NCBI GenBank assembly: GCA_030390025.1
Contig: CM059432.1
Span: 133,798,001 to 133,862,000, forward strand
Direction: 5' to 3'
DNA from: Squalus acanthias
Lineage: Eukaryota
Length of the DNA stretch: 64,000 nucleotides
Shown here: one piece after another, positions 52,200 to 64,000 of the stretch
Numbering within the stretch: the first letter of the stretch is position 1
Layout of the letters: each line of letters starts with the position of its first letter
Translations under genes and position numbers: made by a program
The notes under the pieces: model-generated
The model's database searches: none
Told to the model about the DNA's origin: nothing
The model's input: the letters and a program-made list of their open reading frames with translations, nothing else

Positions 52200-52800
52200 G
52201 TACGAAAGCGTTTCCCCCCCCCTCCCCTCGTCAATCTACAGTAGCTCCTCGATTTTGTCCTCTCGCCTGGACCCAGACCGTGCAAATAATTCGCAATTTC
52301 CTCCAGTCCTCTGAACATCTGTCAAATTACCCCGCAAGTTGTTGCAACTCCATTGCGAAGCAGCTCTAAGTTTCGTATCTGCACACCCGTCTCGACAATT
52401 AACACGAAAGTTTTAATTGCAGCGTGAGCCAACATTTGCACGTTAAATAATTAAATCGCCGTCACTTACAAGGGCCTGGGGTTTTTTTTTGGTTAAAACG
52501 ATGCAAAGGATTTCGCCACCTCTTTTCTCCGGATATATTGCATCAGAAGTAAATTGGAAGCGTACAAGACGTTGGATAGTGCCGCAATACCGAGATGGAC
52601 CCGCTTTACCTGGGTCGGGCAAGCACTGGGAGTCTTGAGCGATCCAGAACGCTTGGCCGGTGCTCCTCACGCCGGCTTTGTTGCTCTGGGCACCCTGGTA
52701 ACTGTGACGCCACGTCTCCCCTGCAGCCAAAGGCTCCTGTTACAGACTTTGCACCACAGTCTCCTCTGACAGGTGAACGAGAGAAAGCATTCAGCATCAG
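52200..52800 (-). promoter_or_regulatory. CpG-enriched unique sequence; candidate promoter / non-coding first exon of OFCC1
   Basis: Locally high CpG content in non-repeat DNA, minus-strand donor CCAG|gtaaag at 52610, positioned upstream of the OFCC1 coding exons. Confidence 0.35.
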
Positions 52801-53407
52801 TGCAAAGGGATGTCACTCTTCATGTGTCCTTTTTTTTAAATCAATGGATTAAAATTTGTATGTGTTTATTTCCCCACTAGGTAATATCGCAGTTAAATAC
52901 TCCATTAAATGTTAGGCCTTGTTGGATTAGGTGTAACTGGGGTTTTAACAGCTTATTGACTGCTAAACAAACATCTGGCCCTGAAAAGCTAATTTTTATA
53001 TTTGTGGAGTGTCAAATTTCTCCATTATAATAAAAATGACAATTTTTTTTAAAAAATTAAAAATTAAAGTTTGTTCATGATATTGCAGCTTCTACCTTAT
53101 CCCCATGTGAGAGTCCCAATCTTTATTTCGCTCTCTGTAACATTTTTTTTAAGTCCGGATAAAAGCAGCTTCTCATTTCCTGGTTTCCTCTCTGTGAGAA
53201 TTCTGCAATGTGATTGGCTGCTTAGACAGCTTGTTGACGTTACAGCTGAGCGCACTCGGAATTCCCATTACAGAGCGCTGAAATCAATTGAACGTCGAAA
53301 AAGGCAAACTTCTCTCGATCTCTGTGGGCAGCTTTCTTCGGGGCCAGCCGCGAGTGCCTTTGCTTCGTCGCTGACTGCAAATTACGGGCCCCTGTGTTTA
53401 TTTTTGT

Positions 53408-53840
53408 CAAAATACTGCGGATGCTGGAAATCTGAAATAAAAACAGAAAATGCTGGAAATACTCAGCAGGTCAGGCAGCATCTGTGGAGAGAGAAACAGA
53501 GTTAACGTTTCAGGTCGAAGACTTTTCATCAGAACTGGAAGAAGTTAGAGATGTAACAGGTTTTAAGCAAGTACAGAGGCAGGGAAGGGGGGAGAGAACA
53601 AAGGGAAAGTCTGTGATAGGATGGAAGGCAGGAGAGATTAAAAGACAAAAGGGATGATGGTGCAAGGCAAAAGGGTGTGGTAATGGGACAAGTTAAGAAA
53701 CAGAAGATGGGTGCAGAGGTGTAACAGCAGGACCATTACCAGCACCTGCTGTCCAAGAAAATTTGGAGCAGGGGCTATGATCTGAAGTTGTTGAAGTTAA
53801 TGTTGAGGCCGGAAGGCTGTAAAGTGCCGAATCGAACGAG
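53408..53840 (-). mobile_element. Penelope-like retroelement 3' end (GIY-YIG C-terminus plus pLTR)
   Basis: Minus strand translates LVRFGTLQPSGLNINFNNFRS*, the typical end of the Penelope GIY-YIG domain, followed by a pyrimidine-rich UTR and hammerhead motif. Confidence 0.85.
53500..53536 (-). ncRNA. Minimal type I hammerhead ribozyme motif
   Basis: Minus strand AGUU CUGAUGA A AAGUC UUC GACCU GAAAC GUU AACU, with one mismatch in helix II. Confidence 0.65.
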
Positions 53841-53984
53841 GCTGGGGTTCAAGGCAACCCAAGTATTTCATAGTTGAAGTTGTACAAGCTCAAGAAGGCA
53901 CACCTGGGAGATCAGCAGGCAGCTGAGGCCCAATGACTGCACTTGCCATTAATGCCAGGCTGATTGCCTCTGCAAGCTCTGGGT

Positions 53985-54170
53985 CAACAAGAAGGCTAGT
54001 TACAGAGCTTTGTCAACTGTTGCAAAGACAACTGCAGCCAACTTGCAACATAGGTACGACACTGCCGGAAGCAGTTGCGATCACCACCACCTCTGTGCCT
54101 CGAGATCATTCCATACTGGCACTTATGTATCAGCTAATATATTGCCCACACATCATAGATACATCAAAAT
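53985..54170 (+). mobile_element. Harbinger transposase N-terminal remnant
   Basis: RRLVTELCQLLQRQLQPTCNIGTTLPEAVAIT resembles the VTELCHLL..DLQP...ALPVAVKVT pattern. Confidence 0.5.
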
Positions 54171-54205
54171 ATGTAGAAGTTACAACATAACATAGAAACA
54201 GGCCA

Positions 54206-54476
54206 AAATAACAACAGAAAACGCTGGAAAAACTCAGCAGGCGAGGCAGCATCCGTGGAGAGAGAAACAGAGTTAACGTTTCAGGTCGATGACCTTTCGT
54301 CAGAACTGGAAACAGCAGGAAATCAAATAGATTTAAGGCAAGGATAAAGCTGGGAAAAGGGGGAGGGGATGAAAGAACAAAAGGAGAGCTTAAGAGACAT
54401 TAAGAGATATTCAAGGCAAGAGGTGGTGTTAATGTGACAGGTTAAGGCTGAAAGAAGTGTGAAATCCACTGGCAGA
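54206..54476 (-). mobile_element. Short Penelope pLTR insertion into a CR1 tail
   Basis: 14-bp TSD ATAGAAACAGGCCA at 54192-54205 and 54477-54490. Homologous to 53440-53700. Confidence 0.8.
54271..54307 (-). ncRNA. Minimal type I hammerhead ribozyme motif, intact core
   Basis: Minus strand AGUU CUGACGA A AGGUC AUC GACCU GAAAC GUU AACU: helix I AGUU/AACU, helix II AGGUC/GACCU, palindromic helix III, GUU triplet. Confidence 0.7.
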
Positions 54477-55286
54477 ATAGAAACAGGCCATTTGGCTCAA
54501 TTAGTCTGTGTCAGTAGTTACCTTCCACGTGACCAATAGTTCTAGTCGTATTTGCCCACCCTGTTCTCATATCACTTAAACCCTTTTTCTTCATCCAACT
54601 ATTCACTCTAATATCAGATAGGTAACTGAGGCAAAGATCAGCATGGCCAACATTTTCGTCTCCTTTCCCACTGTAGGGCAACAATAGCAGGACACAAGTG
54701 CCCAATTTCACTCTCCTGTTGCCTATGAGAAAGTACAGGCGGTCACCGATGGCAGCCATGTGGCCATTCAGCTGTAGATTCCTGCTCCTCCTCACCTGTG
54801 CACTATGACACAGCAGGTGGTGGGAACATCATCACCTCCAAGTTCCCTTCCAAGTCACACACCATCCTGATCGTCATTCCTTCTTTGTCGCTGGGTCAAA
54901 ATCCCGGAACTCCCTACCTAACAGCACTGTGGGAGTACCTTCACCACACGGACTGCAGCGGATCAAGAAGGTCCACCGCCACCTTTTCCAAAGGCAACTA
55001 GGGATGTCCAATAAATGCTGGCCTTGCCAGCAATGCCCACATCCCGAGAATGAATGAAAAAAAAAACACACCAGTGCTACCTTCTTAAGCTCACTCAGTA
55101 CATCATCGGCCATGTGTGTATCTGCAATGGGGCTTGCAAACGATGGTGAGAGAGACAGGGTGCTGTGTTTTACTGTCCTGACATGAGTCACTAGCAGTTC
55201 CAGGTCCACAATAACAGAAAAGGAACAAATGTTAGAATGCTGGCCTCAAAAGATACCTTTGAACAGACCTTATCTTGCAAGATACT

Positions 55287-56033
55287 GGGCCAAAAATTCG
55301 GCCCTTGCCGGGTGAGTACACACTGTGTATTCACCCGTAAGGCGTCCTGAAGTGTCGGTTTCCTGCATGCACTGCGCATGCGCGGGAAACTGGAACTTCC
55401 GGTCCTAGTGAAGGGAGCGGTTCATAGGTGAACCGCGTGCGTGGTAGAGGCTGCGCGCACGCAGCAAACTTAGGTTTTTTTTTCAGGTTTCTACGAGAGG
55501 GTATGTATTGAAGAACCTGCGCTTTTAAAAAGGAGGCGCAGGACCCGTTTTCAACAAGGTAAGTGGTTAATTAATTATAATTTGAAAAATTTTTCAACAG
55601 GTTTATCTTTTTTAGATACTTTAAAGAAAGGTAAGTTTATTTTTAGCACTGTTAAAAAGTATTTTAATTTTTGTTTAAAGTAGTTAATTTATTTAACTTA
55701 TAGTTATTTTATAAATGTGATGGTTTTTTAAAATTTATTTGAAGTTTAGCTGTTCTTTTGGGGCCGATTTCAATTCATAGATTTGACAGGTCTTCCTGTC
55801 AAATCTATGAATGAAAGATGGTCTGCTGCCATTGGCTCTCCATGACCCACGTGATCCCAGGGGACGCATCGCACTAACTACGCCCTGGAACACGCAAGCA
55901 CTGCGCGCCGGCACTTGGCGCAGGCCCAGGAGCTGCAGTTCCCGTGGGCCCAGAGGTCAACGGCAGGCGCGGTAGGTAAGTGTGCGTGCGATCCTTACCC
56001 CCGCAGCAAGCCGGAGAGGCGAATTTCAGGGCC
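55287..56033. mobile_element. MITE related to family A
   Basis: Ends GGGCCAAAAATTCG / CGAATTTCAGGGCC with TSD ACT/ACT, and an AT-rich core. Confidence 0.75.
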
Positions 56034-56681
56034 ACTGTGTGTGATCTTTGTGTAGTTGTGTGTATACCTGTGTGGCAGTGAGTGTAATGGGGCACAAGAC
56101 CTAAGAGCAGGATGGTATAATCTCTGAGCTGTGGTTTCACCTTTCCCTGCTCCCTCCATGCTCTTGTGTTCAAGGGAGTCTAAGGCATCTTATTTCTGAG
56201 CCCTTCTCTTGTTTGATCTGCTCCCTTGTATTTAGTGCCATCTTGCCGTGCGAGCAGAGAAGTATCCTTGAAGCTTGGTAAGTTGATGGAGCACCTACAC
56301 AGTGACAGTTAAGTGCCCAACTTACCTATTATGGATATCAGTAAGCGACCATGCATTTTGCATTGAGGTTGTGTTACTATGATTTGATGTGTGAAGCCCA
56401 TGGAGGATATGAGTGTGCCAGAACCTTTCAGTTATAAATTGCAGCTTGAATGTGTACTCTGCTGAAGTATGAATATTCATGAGATGCTATGAAAGCTGTA
56501 TGGTGTGTGAAGGCTTTGCATGGCTGAGTGGTGCATTTGAAACATCCAACTCCTTGTGGCATGCAAACTTGGGCCGTCTACTTGGTACATTATACTGTTG
56601 GGTAGTCTTACCTTATCAAGTTCCTAAATGTATGTCATCTTCCTGCTCTTGCAGATACTGTACACAGCATTGAGTCTTCTA

Positions 56682-57050
56682 AGAACATAAGAAATTGGAG
56701 CAGGAGTAGGCCATATAGCCCCTCAAACCTGCTCCACCATTCAATAAGATCATAGTTGATCTTCTACATCAACTCCACTTTCCTGTCCTATCCCATATCC
56801 CTTGATTCCCATAGCATCCAAAAATCAGTCTTAAATATACTCAATGACTGAACATCCACAGCTCTCTGGGGTAGAGAATTCCAAAGATTCACAAACCTCT
56901 GAGTGAAGAAATCTCTCCTCATCTTAGTCCTGAATGGCCGACCCCTTATCCTGTGACCAGTGACCCCTAGTTCTAGACTCTCCAGCAAGGGGAAACAGCC
57001 TCTCAGTATCTACCCTGTCAAGCTCTCTAAGAATTATATGCGTTACAATG
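56682..57050 (-). mobile_element. CR1 LINE 3' fragment
   Basis: aagaacataagaaattggagcaggagtaggcc tail and RRDFFTQRFVNLWNSLPQ. Confidence 0.88.
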
Positions 57051-58349
57051 AGAAACTACCATATGGGAGAGTGCCCTGATGTACCGAACAGGACAACACT
57101 CCTCGCACTCAGCCTATACAGTAGCATGGTCACTTCACCAGCAATCAAACAGGGTCAGGACCATCACTTGCCCACAGACTCCATTTCATGTCTTCGAGTT
57201 TGGTTTGCCTTCCCTTGCTTTTTGCCTGCCAAACCTTTCCTCAGTACAGCCTTTGGAAAGGTAACAAATAATTAAAAACAAGTTTGAGCCTTTAGATTGA
57301 CTCAAACTATTTTGTTATGGGGTGAGAAGGAAACAATCAGAACTGTTCATTCTCATTAACACAGTTGACGAAACACAAACACATGTTCTTCAAAACCAAA
57401 TCCACACAATAGCCCCAAAGGGCCTAACAAATGCACGGACCTTGATCCCTAAAGAAGCCTGTAAAATATCCAAAATTCAACAAAAACCACATGGTTTCAG
57501 GAAACCTATAAACAACCTCAAAAGGGTAACAAGGAAAAGGTTGGATTTAATTCTCAAAACTCCAAAGCACAGCGAAAATTCTCTGATGCAACTAAACCAA
57601 CATTTATATGGCCTGAGGAAATGATGGAGAATAGTAATCCCGAGAATTTCAGCAGTAAGTGTAAGTTTTTTAAACAATACAATAAAAAGGGTAGGAAACC
57701 ACTGTGCATGAAATCTACCATAATCAGCCTACTAATACCATTTTGTAAAGTCAGCAACACATATGGAGAAAGTCCTTTGTAAATATTCCTCAGCTCCACT
57801 CGCACATCAGTTCTCTTTCTAACTGGCCAAACAGAAGCAACCTTTCTCTATTTCTAATGTATGCTTCCTCTCAAGTCATAAGTTGCAAAATCTCCTTCTT
57901 ATCGCAGTGATGAGCTGTGTTCTTCATGCTCCATTGCATTCATCCATGAGGTGATAACCATTTCAAAGGACAGTTAGATGGCCCAGAACCTTCCGGCAAG
58001 GTTGAGTCCTCGGCAACCACGGAACAGTTGCCACGAGTGGCAGAATTAGGAGGGACGAAGCATCCACTTTATTATTTTTAAAACTGATTGTTTTCTCAAC
58101 TCAGCTTCTGAAGTATCAGAAGAAAAGAAAGACTGTTATTTGATACAATTCAGCCAAATGGGTTGAGAAAGTACCTTATGAATATCGACATAAACAGTGA
58201 CCAAAGTGCAAGGTTAAGAGCATAAGAAATAGGAGCAGGAGTAGGCCATACAGCCCCTCGAGCCTGCTCCGCCATTCAATAAGATCATGGCTGATCTTCT
58301 ACCTCAACTCCACTTTCCTGCCCTATCCCCATGTCCCTTGATTTTCTTA

Positions 58350-59170
58350 GGGGGTGATTTTGCCAATGGGGAGCTTTTGGAGGCGGGTCTCCCACTTATC
58401 GGGTTTCAGTCCCGCCTCCAACAACTTCTGGCCAACCCACGCTATTTTCCCTTGATTGACCTTGTTAAGCCCTCCCAGCGGGCTTAGCCAGCCAATTAAG
58501 GGAAAGCTGTTTGTAGAGCACGTCAACGTATGTTGTTTCATCTGTTCAAAATTTTTGACAGATGAATTGTTATCGTTTGACAGCTCTGTGAAGCTGTCAA
58601 ACAGTGACATTCTCTGCAGTTTGATGAGTTCTTGAATACAAGACCCCATTAAACTTCTTTCTTTTACAGAAATGAGATGGTTGTTGCATCTGTGAATGCA
58701 ACGGCCACCTTTCATTCCCAATGCGGAGGTCCGAGACTCTCCGCATACTCACCGACTGAAGCCTGCAGGAAGAAACAAAGGTAAGTACACTTTAAATAAC
58801 ACTTTGCACTTACCTCAGATACTCACCTCTACACTCTTGCACCCATCACTTACCTTCACACCACACTTTTGCACCCCACCGACCCCCGCAGACCCAGTAC
58901 TCGCTGAGCTGACCTGGCGGGTTTCGGAGCCTTCGGGAAGCCCGCACTTGTGAGGGCAAAAACGGGATAGTTAAAAACAGGCAGTTAATAGGCTTTAATC
59001 CCTTCCCGCCTCCAAGGAGACGGGACCCGGTGCGGGACGGCTACCCGCCTCCTAGGAAGATGGCATGCAGGTGGGTTGAGGGCGGGTTGGGCACCCGCCC
59101 CCAAATTCTGCCATTTCCCCGGCAGACCCGCCTCCATACCCGCCTCCCCAGGGCTGGCAAAATCGCCCCC
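58350..59170. mobile_element. MITE family B copy inserted in a CR1 tail (58222-58349)
   Basis: TIRs GGGGGTGATTTTGCCA / TGGCAAAATCGCCCCC with TSD TTA/TTA, the classic PIF/Harbinger TWA target. Confidence 0.85.
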
Positions 59171-59838
59171 TTAGTGTCCAAAAAAAAAGTCTGTTTCACA
59201 CTGGAGTACCAAGCATCCCTCTCATTAGTCTGGGAGTGGGATAACCCAGTGACTCAGCAACATGACAGCACTCGGAACTTCACCCTGACATGAATAGGAA
59301 ACCTGAAGCACTGAGCAAGACTGAGAAAAGGAGATAGGTGGCATGGAAGGTGAGTGAAGCCACCTCAAAACAAACTATTTTACCAATTAAACAAAGCACA
59401 TCCAAACACTTCCCCATAATCTGGACATGACATATAGCAGGCAACCCCATCTTCAGGTATGAAAGTAGGAAATTGGATGAAGCTCAATGGTTTTTTGAAC
59501 TGTGTTGTTATTCTAACTGACTTTTGTGTGAAAATATGTGTTAAAATTTGAAATGTTATTCATTAATAAACATTTAAATGAAAATATAATTGTCAGTGTT
59601 AATTGATTACAGTGCAAGCCCAGTCCTTCCCTCCAACTAACTAAATAAAAATCGCTAAATACATTAAAGTGAGTGTGGGCCGACCGTTCAATGTTTATTA
59701 CTGATGCTATGTTCTGCATTTTTATTGATTGAACAAACTCTACCTTAATCATAATTTCATTATCCCTGAACTGCAAATAAGTGCCCCAGTGATCTAGATC
59801 CTGAGTTTTTCAAACAAATTGTACAATACACACAATGA

Positions 59839-60298
59839 GGGCTGGATTTTGAATGCCCCATGGAGTCGGGTTTGGAGGCGTGTGGTGGGTTAAAGTAGCA
59901 GATTCGGGGGTCCCGACCCCATCCCGACTTCAACACGCCTCCACGCAATTTTGACAAAATGGGTTGCGGGGTTCCCGACTCTGTCCCGCCTCCAAGAGGC
60001 GGGAGAGGCCATTAAAGAACTTAACAAGCCCTAAATTGGCTCTGTAATGCCATTTTGAAACGTTTTAGCTAGTTTAACCTTTTTCCGACGTGAAGTACAC
60101 CTGATGTGAAACACGCCAGTGAAACCTGACGGGAGCACAAGTGGATAGCTGACTATCAGCTGCAGGTCCACTATTAAAACGGAGATGTGAAGGTAGTAGT
60201 AGTATTGTGATTGTGATAGTAGTAGTATTAGGTCGCCTCTGATGCTGCTGCATTGAATGTCTTCAGAGACTGCCTGGGAGGACTTGGTTGCAAAAAAA

Positions 60299-60335
<37 letters not shown>

Positions 60336-60566
60336 TTTGCATCCAGGTCCACTCACAGCAAAAGCCAGGTCGTCTCTGATCTGCAATGCAGCAGCAATGA
60401 TGACATCATCAGAGGCGACTTTCAGACTGAAACCACTAATTGGTTCATGGGTTCCCACATGCTGGAACTCAATTGCATCAATCTCCCACATCCAATTTCA
60501 GTCGGGTGGATAACACGAAATGCGGATGACACGACCCCAACTCGACTCCAAGACAAAATCCAGCCC
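59839..60566. mobile_element. MITE family C (contains a (CT)n tract)
   Basis: TIRs GGGCTGGATTTTG / CAAAATCCAGCCC, flanks TGA/TTA. Second copy at 63045-63640. Confidence 0.8.
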
Positions 60567-60666
60567 TTAGAATCTGCAGCCTTAAAGGGACAGCTACACT
60601 TTGGCAGCAGAATGATACTTTGGCCCTGAAATTTCTCAGGGCCTTTTACAACATATAAATGCCACA

Positions 60667-63040
60667 GGGGCATGATTTCTGCCCACTGGTGATGCGCACT
60701 GCCAACCCCACTGAAATTCCCGTAATAGCTTACTTACATAATGTACAGCAACCCAGCAGCAGAAATCCTGTGTAAAATTTCAGTAAAACATTAAAGGGGT
60801 TGGGGGGGGTGGGGGCATTGTGTTGCTGCAGGATTTAAAAGCTCGCAGCAACGTAAACTGCACTGAATTCTTACCAAAGTATTCCGACGCTTTTTCCATA
60901 GGCCCCAGAGATTTTAGGAACGGAGCATTGCATCCGCTCATGGAATAGCAGCCCCAGCCCATTCACAGACACGAAGAAAACCCAAAACTTGTAGAGATCG
61001 AAACCTTTTAGATGTGGACTTGGAGGTGCTGATGGAGGAGGTGAGATAGATTGCTGGGCTATCAGAGAAGGAAGCTGGTGAAAGGAGCAGCCCGAGCCAT
61101 GCGAAGCGAGGTGGCATTGGCGCAGAGGGCTCTCTCACCACCAGGATGGCACGCCACTACCAGAAAAAATTCAATGACCTAACGAGGGCAGGCAAGGTAT
61201 GAGAACCTACAACTTCCTCTTTTACCCATCCTGCACTTCTTAAATGGAATGACAAGGCATCCTGCACAGCACCCTGTGGTTCAGTGGCTCTGCAACTCTT
61301 CCATCAAGAACCATGTGTGTGCAACTCTCCTCCATTGTTCCATCAGCTGTCTGTACTGGGCTAATATTTATCCCTCAACCAGCACCTAAAAACAGTTTAT
61401 CTGGTCATTAGCACATTGCTGTTTGTGGGAGCTTGCTGTGCGCAAATTGGCTGCTGCATTTCCTACATTACAACAGTGACTACACTTCAAAAATACTTTG
61501 TTAGCTGTTTAAGCACATTGGGACGTCCTGAGGTCGTGAAAGGCGCTGGAGAAATGCAAGTCTTTCATTCTTTTTAATCCTGTTCCAGGAAGTACAGTAC
61601 TGGTGCACATTGCCTGGGAGAGTCAAGCCACCAGTAGCAGGATCTCCGACATAAGGGAGCTCACCCATTATGAAGAGCAGGCAATAGAGGAGCTGGGGAG
61701 CCACTCAACCTTAGCTGTGAGATGTGGCGAGGTCAAAGGTCAGTGCCAGCTGCAGGTGAGTCGGTGAAAAGCAGTGCCAGAAAAGTCCAGAGCTGTCTCT
61801 ATCTCATCTCTCTCTCGCTCTCACTCTCTGGGTGCTGCATACCTATTTGTAGCTTATTTGCTGCTCTTCTGCGAAGTTTTCACAGCCACGAAGGGCGGAT
61901 GAGGTGGAGTAGGAGGAGAAATTTCTGTCGGTGGATCACGATGATGGTGCTGACAATGGCAAAGATGTTAAAGAATCTGGCCGATCTACCTTTGGCCACT
62001 CCAGGGCGATTTTACCTCCTGATTCACTTGCCTTCGCTTTCCCACTCAATAAGGTCTTTAACACAGGAGGATCTCGATAACAGGGATGAGAAATTAGCAC
62101 CAGCTGTCTCACAGGGAGCCAGAGAGTGGGGAGTGGAAGAGGAGTCAGACGTTCCCCAACAGAGGCTGTGGAGATGGATTCCCTTGAGTGAGGGGTCAGC
62201 AGACTCAGACCTTAACAATAACAACTTGCATTTATATAGCGCATTTAATGTAGTAAAACGTCTAAACGTGCTTCACAGGAGCGTTATCAACACAATTCAA
62301 CACCGAACCACATAGAAGATATTAGGACAGGTGACCTAAAGCTTGGTCAAAGAGGTAGGTTTTAAGGAGCATCTTAAAGGAGGAGAGAGAGGTAGAGAGG
62401 CGGAGAGGTTTCGGCAGGGAATTCCAGAGCTTAGGGCCTAGGCAGCTGAAGACACAGCCGCCAATGATTGAGCGAAGACAATTGGGCAAGAGGCCAAAAT
62501 TGGAGGCACACAGAGATCTCGGAGGGTTGTAGGGCTGGAGGAGGTTACAGAGATCGATAGGGTTGAGGCCATGGAGGGACTTGCAAACAAGGATGAGAAT
62601 TTTTAAATTGAGGCATTGCCGGACCGAGAGACAATGTAGGCACAGGGGTGATAGGTGAACGGGACTTGGTGTGAGCTAGGATATGGGCAGCATTGGATGG
62701 GTTTTGGATGGGTATTGCTACAAAAAGAAGATGTTCAGAGAATATCGCACCTACGTACAGACACTCAGATCCCTCTCCCATGATGTGCGGCAGATGACAT
62801 GGGTCATGGTGGAGTCCAGTGCCCTCAAATGAGGCAACATCAGGAAAGCATTTTCCTCATTGCAGACATCAGTGCAGCATGTGTCAGCCTCATTGCAGCT
62901 GTGACTGTTCTCCCTCCCCTCATAGAAGTGACCCAGGATAAGTCTCCTTCTCAGAAGCACAGAGGCCTTGAGGCCCTGGAGAATAGACAAGAGAACCCTA
63001 CATTTCAACTTTTCAGCACTTGGAGCTGGTTTGCAGGAGA
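60667..63040. mobile_element. Decayed Harbinger element with nested Deu SINE (61357-61575) and L2 (62214-62710)
   Basis: Plus-strand Myb remnant DVDLEVLMEEVR...QKKFNDLTRAGKV at about 61000-61200. Confidence 0.6.
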
Positions 63041-63044
63041 TAAT

Positions 63045-63640
63045 GGGCTGGATTTTCATTGACCCGTGGAGGCAGGTTTGGAGGCGTGTGGGGGATTAAA
63101 AATGCGAAAACTGGTGGGCGGGCACAAGTCCGCCTCCACGCAATTTTCATTCAATCGTGTCTGCTGGTCCCGCCTCTTAGAGGCGGAATAGGCTGTTAAG
63201 GCCCTTAACAAGCACTAAATTGCCTCTATAATGCAATTTTGAAAGGCCTTTGTGATTCTAACCCTTTTTCTACGTGAAGCATGCCTGTTCTGAACCACGA
63301 ATGGCAGGCAGGCAGGCTATGGGGATGCATATGTGGATGGATGGATATATATGGATGGATGGAAAGGAGACATATCTGGCAGTGGTGGTGTAAAAATATC
63401 TGGGAGCAGAATTAGGACTGCTGCTGCTCATTTTGCATCCAGGTCCTCTCACAGCAAAGGCCAGGCAGTCTCTGAAGACCTTCAATGCAGCAGCAATGAT
63501 GACATCATCAGAGGTGACTTTCAGACTGAAAACACTAATTGGGTCATGGGTTCCCACATGCTGGAACTTAATTGCCCAATTAGGTGAAAATTGCATCAAT
63601 CTCCCACATCCAATTGCAGTCGGGTGGATAACACGAAAAC
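63045..63640. mobile_element. MITE family C copy, interrupted by CR1
   Basis: GGGCTGGATTTT left TIR and internal similarity to 59839-60520. Confidence 0.78.
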
Positions 63641-63641
63641 T

Positions 63642-64000
63642 GGATTACTACCAGTGCCACGTGCTAGTAAGAGTACAGAGAACAGGATAGTTAGGCTAAA
63701 TACGTGGCTTGAGCAGTGGTGTAAGAGGGAGGGTTTTAAATTTTTGAGGCATTGGGACCAGTTTTGTGGTAGGTGTGACCTATACAAAAGGGACGGTCTA
63801 CACCTGTGCAAAGATGGAACTGAGGTTCTCGGGGTAAATTTTGATAAAGCAGTTCGGGAGCATTTAAACTAGTATGGCAGGGGGCTAGAAACCCATGTAG
63901 TGAAATAGAGGAAAGTGAAAGGCAGACAGAAATAAATGGTAAAAAGGAGAGGAACAAAAAACAAAGGGCCAAACTAATTCATAAAAAATGTGAGCATAAA
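63642..64000 (+). mobile_element. CR1 ORF1 SGNH-esterase C-terminal fragment, continuing off the window
   Basis: GLLPVPRAS...RIVRLNTWLEQWCKREGFKFLRHWDQF...YKRDGLHL. Confidence 0.85.

Noticed and set aside
57300..57700. 100-aa lysine-rich ORF
   Set aside because: No ATG start, no recognisable domain and no convincing splice sites. It may be a decayed LINE linker region, but I cannot support that.

Overview
Eukaryotic, repeat-rich vertebrate genomic DNA, most likely a shark or other cartilaginous fish (inferred from its SacSINE1/AmnSINE1-type Deu-domain SINEs, CR1 and L2 LINEs, and Penelope pLTRs). The only host gene I can support is the 5' part of OFCC1 (ojoplano/opo) on the minus strand. Four exons with canonical, phase-compatible splice sites (25727-25661, 25340-25164, 10656-10555, 1674-1585) spell KFQQKARKQTKQKKSKSAEFLMVKDNRSAAEGIENPAFN...GNEYSRNYFD...DDMDFYLKLLKL, which matches the OFCC1 N-terminus as I recall it, including its NPxF motif. 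There is a candidate start exon at about 40.5 kb and a candidate CpG-rich promoter at about 52.6 kb. The rest is intron or flank filled with CR1, L2 and CR1-like LINE fragments, SINEs, decayed PIF/Harbinger elements (Myb/SANT plus transposase remnants), Tourist-like MITEs with 3-bp TSDs, and Penelope-derived pieces carrying minimal hammerhead-ribozyme cores. Almost all ORFs in the supplied track are repeat-derived or spurious. I found no CRISPR array, operon or clearly new system. The most interesting signals are the hammerhead motifs, a possible splice-donor shift in OFCC1, two long inverted repeats and a repeat-free block that probably holds conserved enhancers. Family names come from my recognition of motifs, not from database searches, and repeat boundaries are approximate unless a TSD is quoted.
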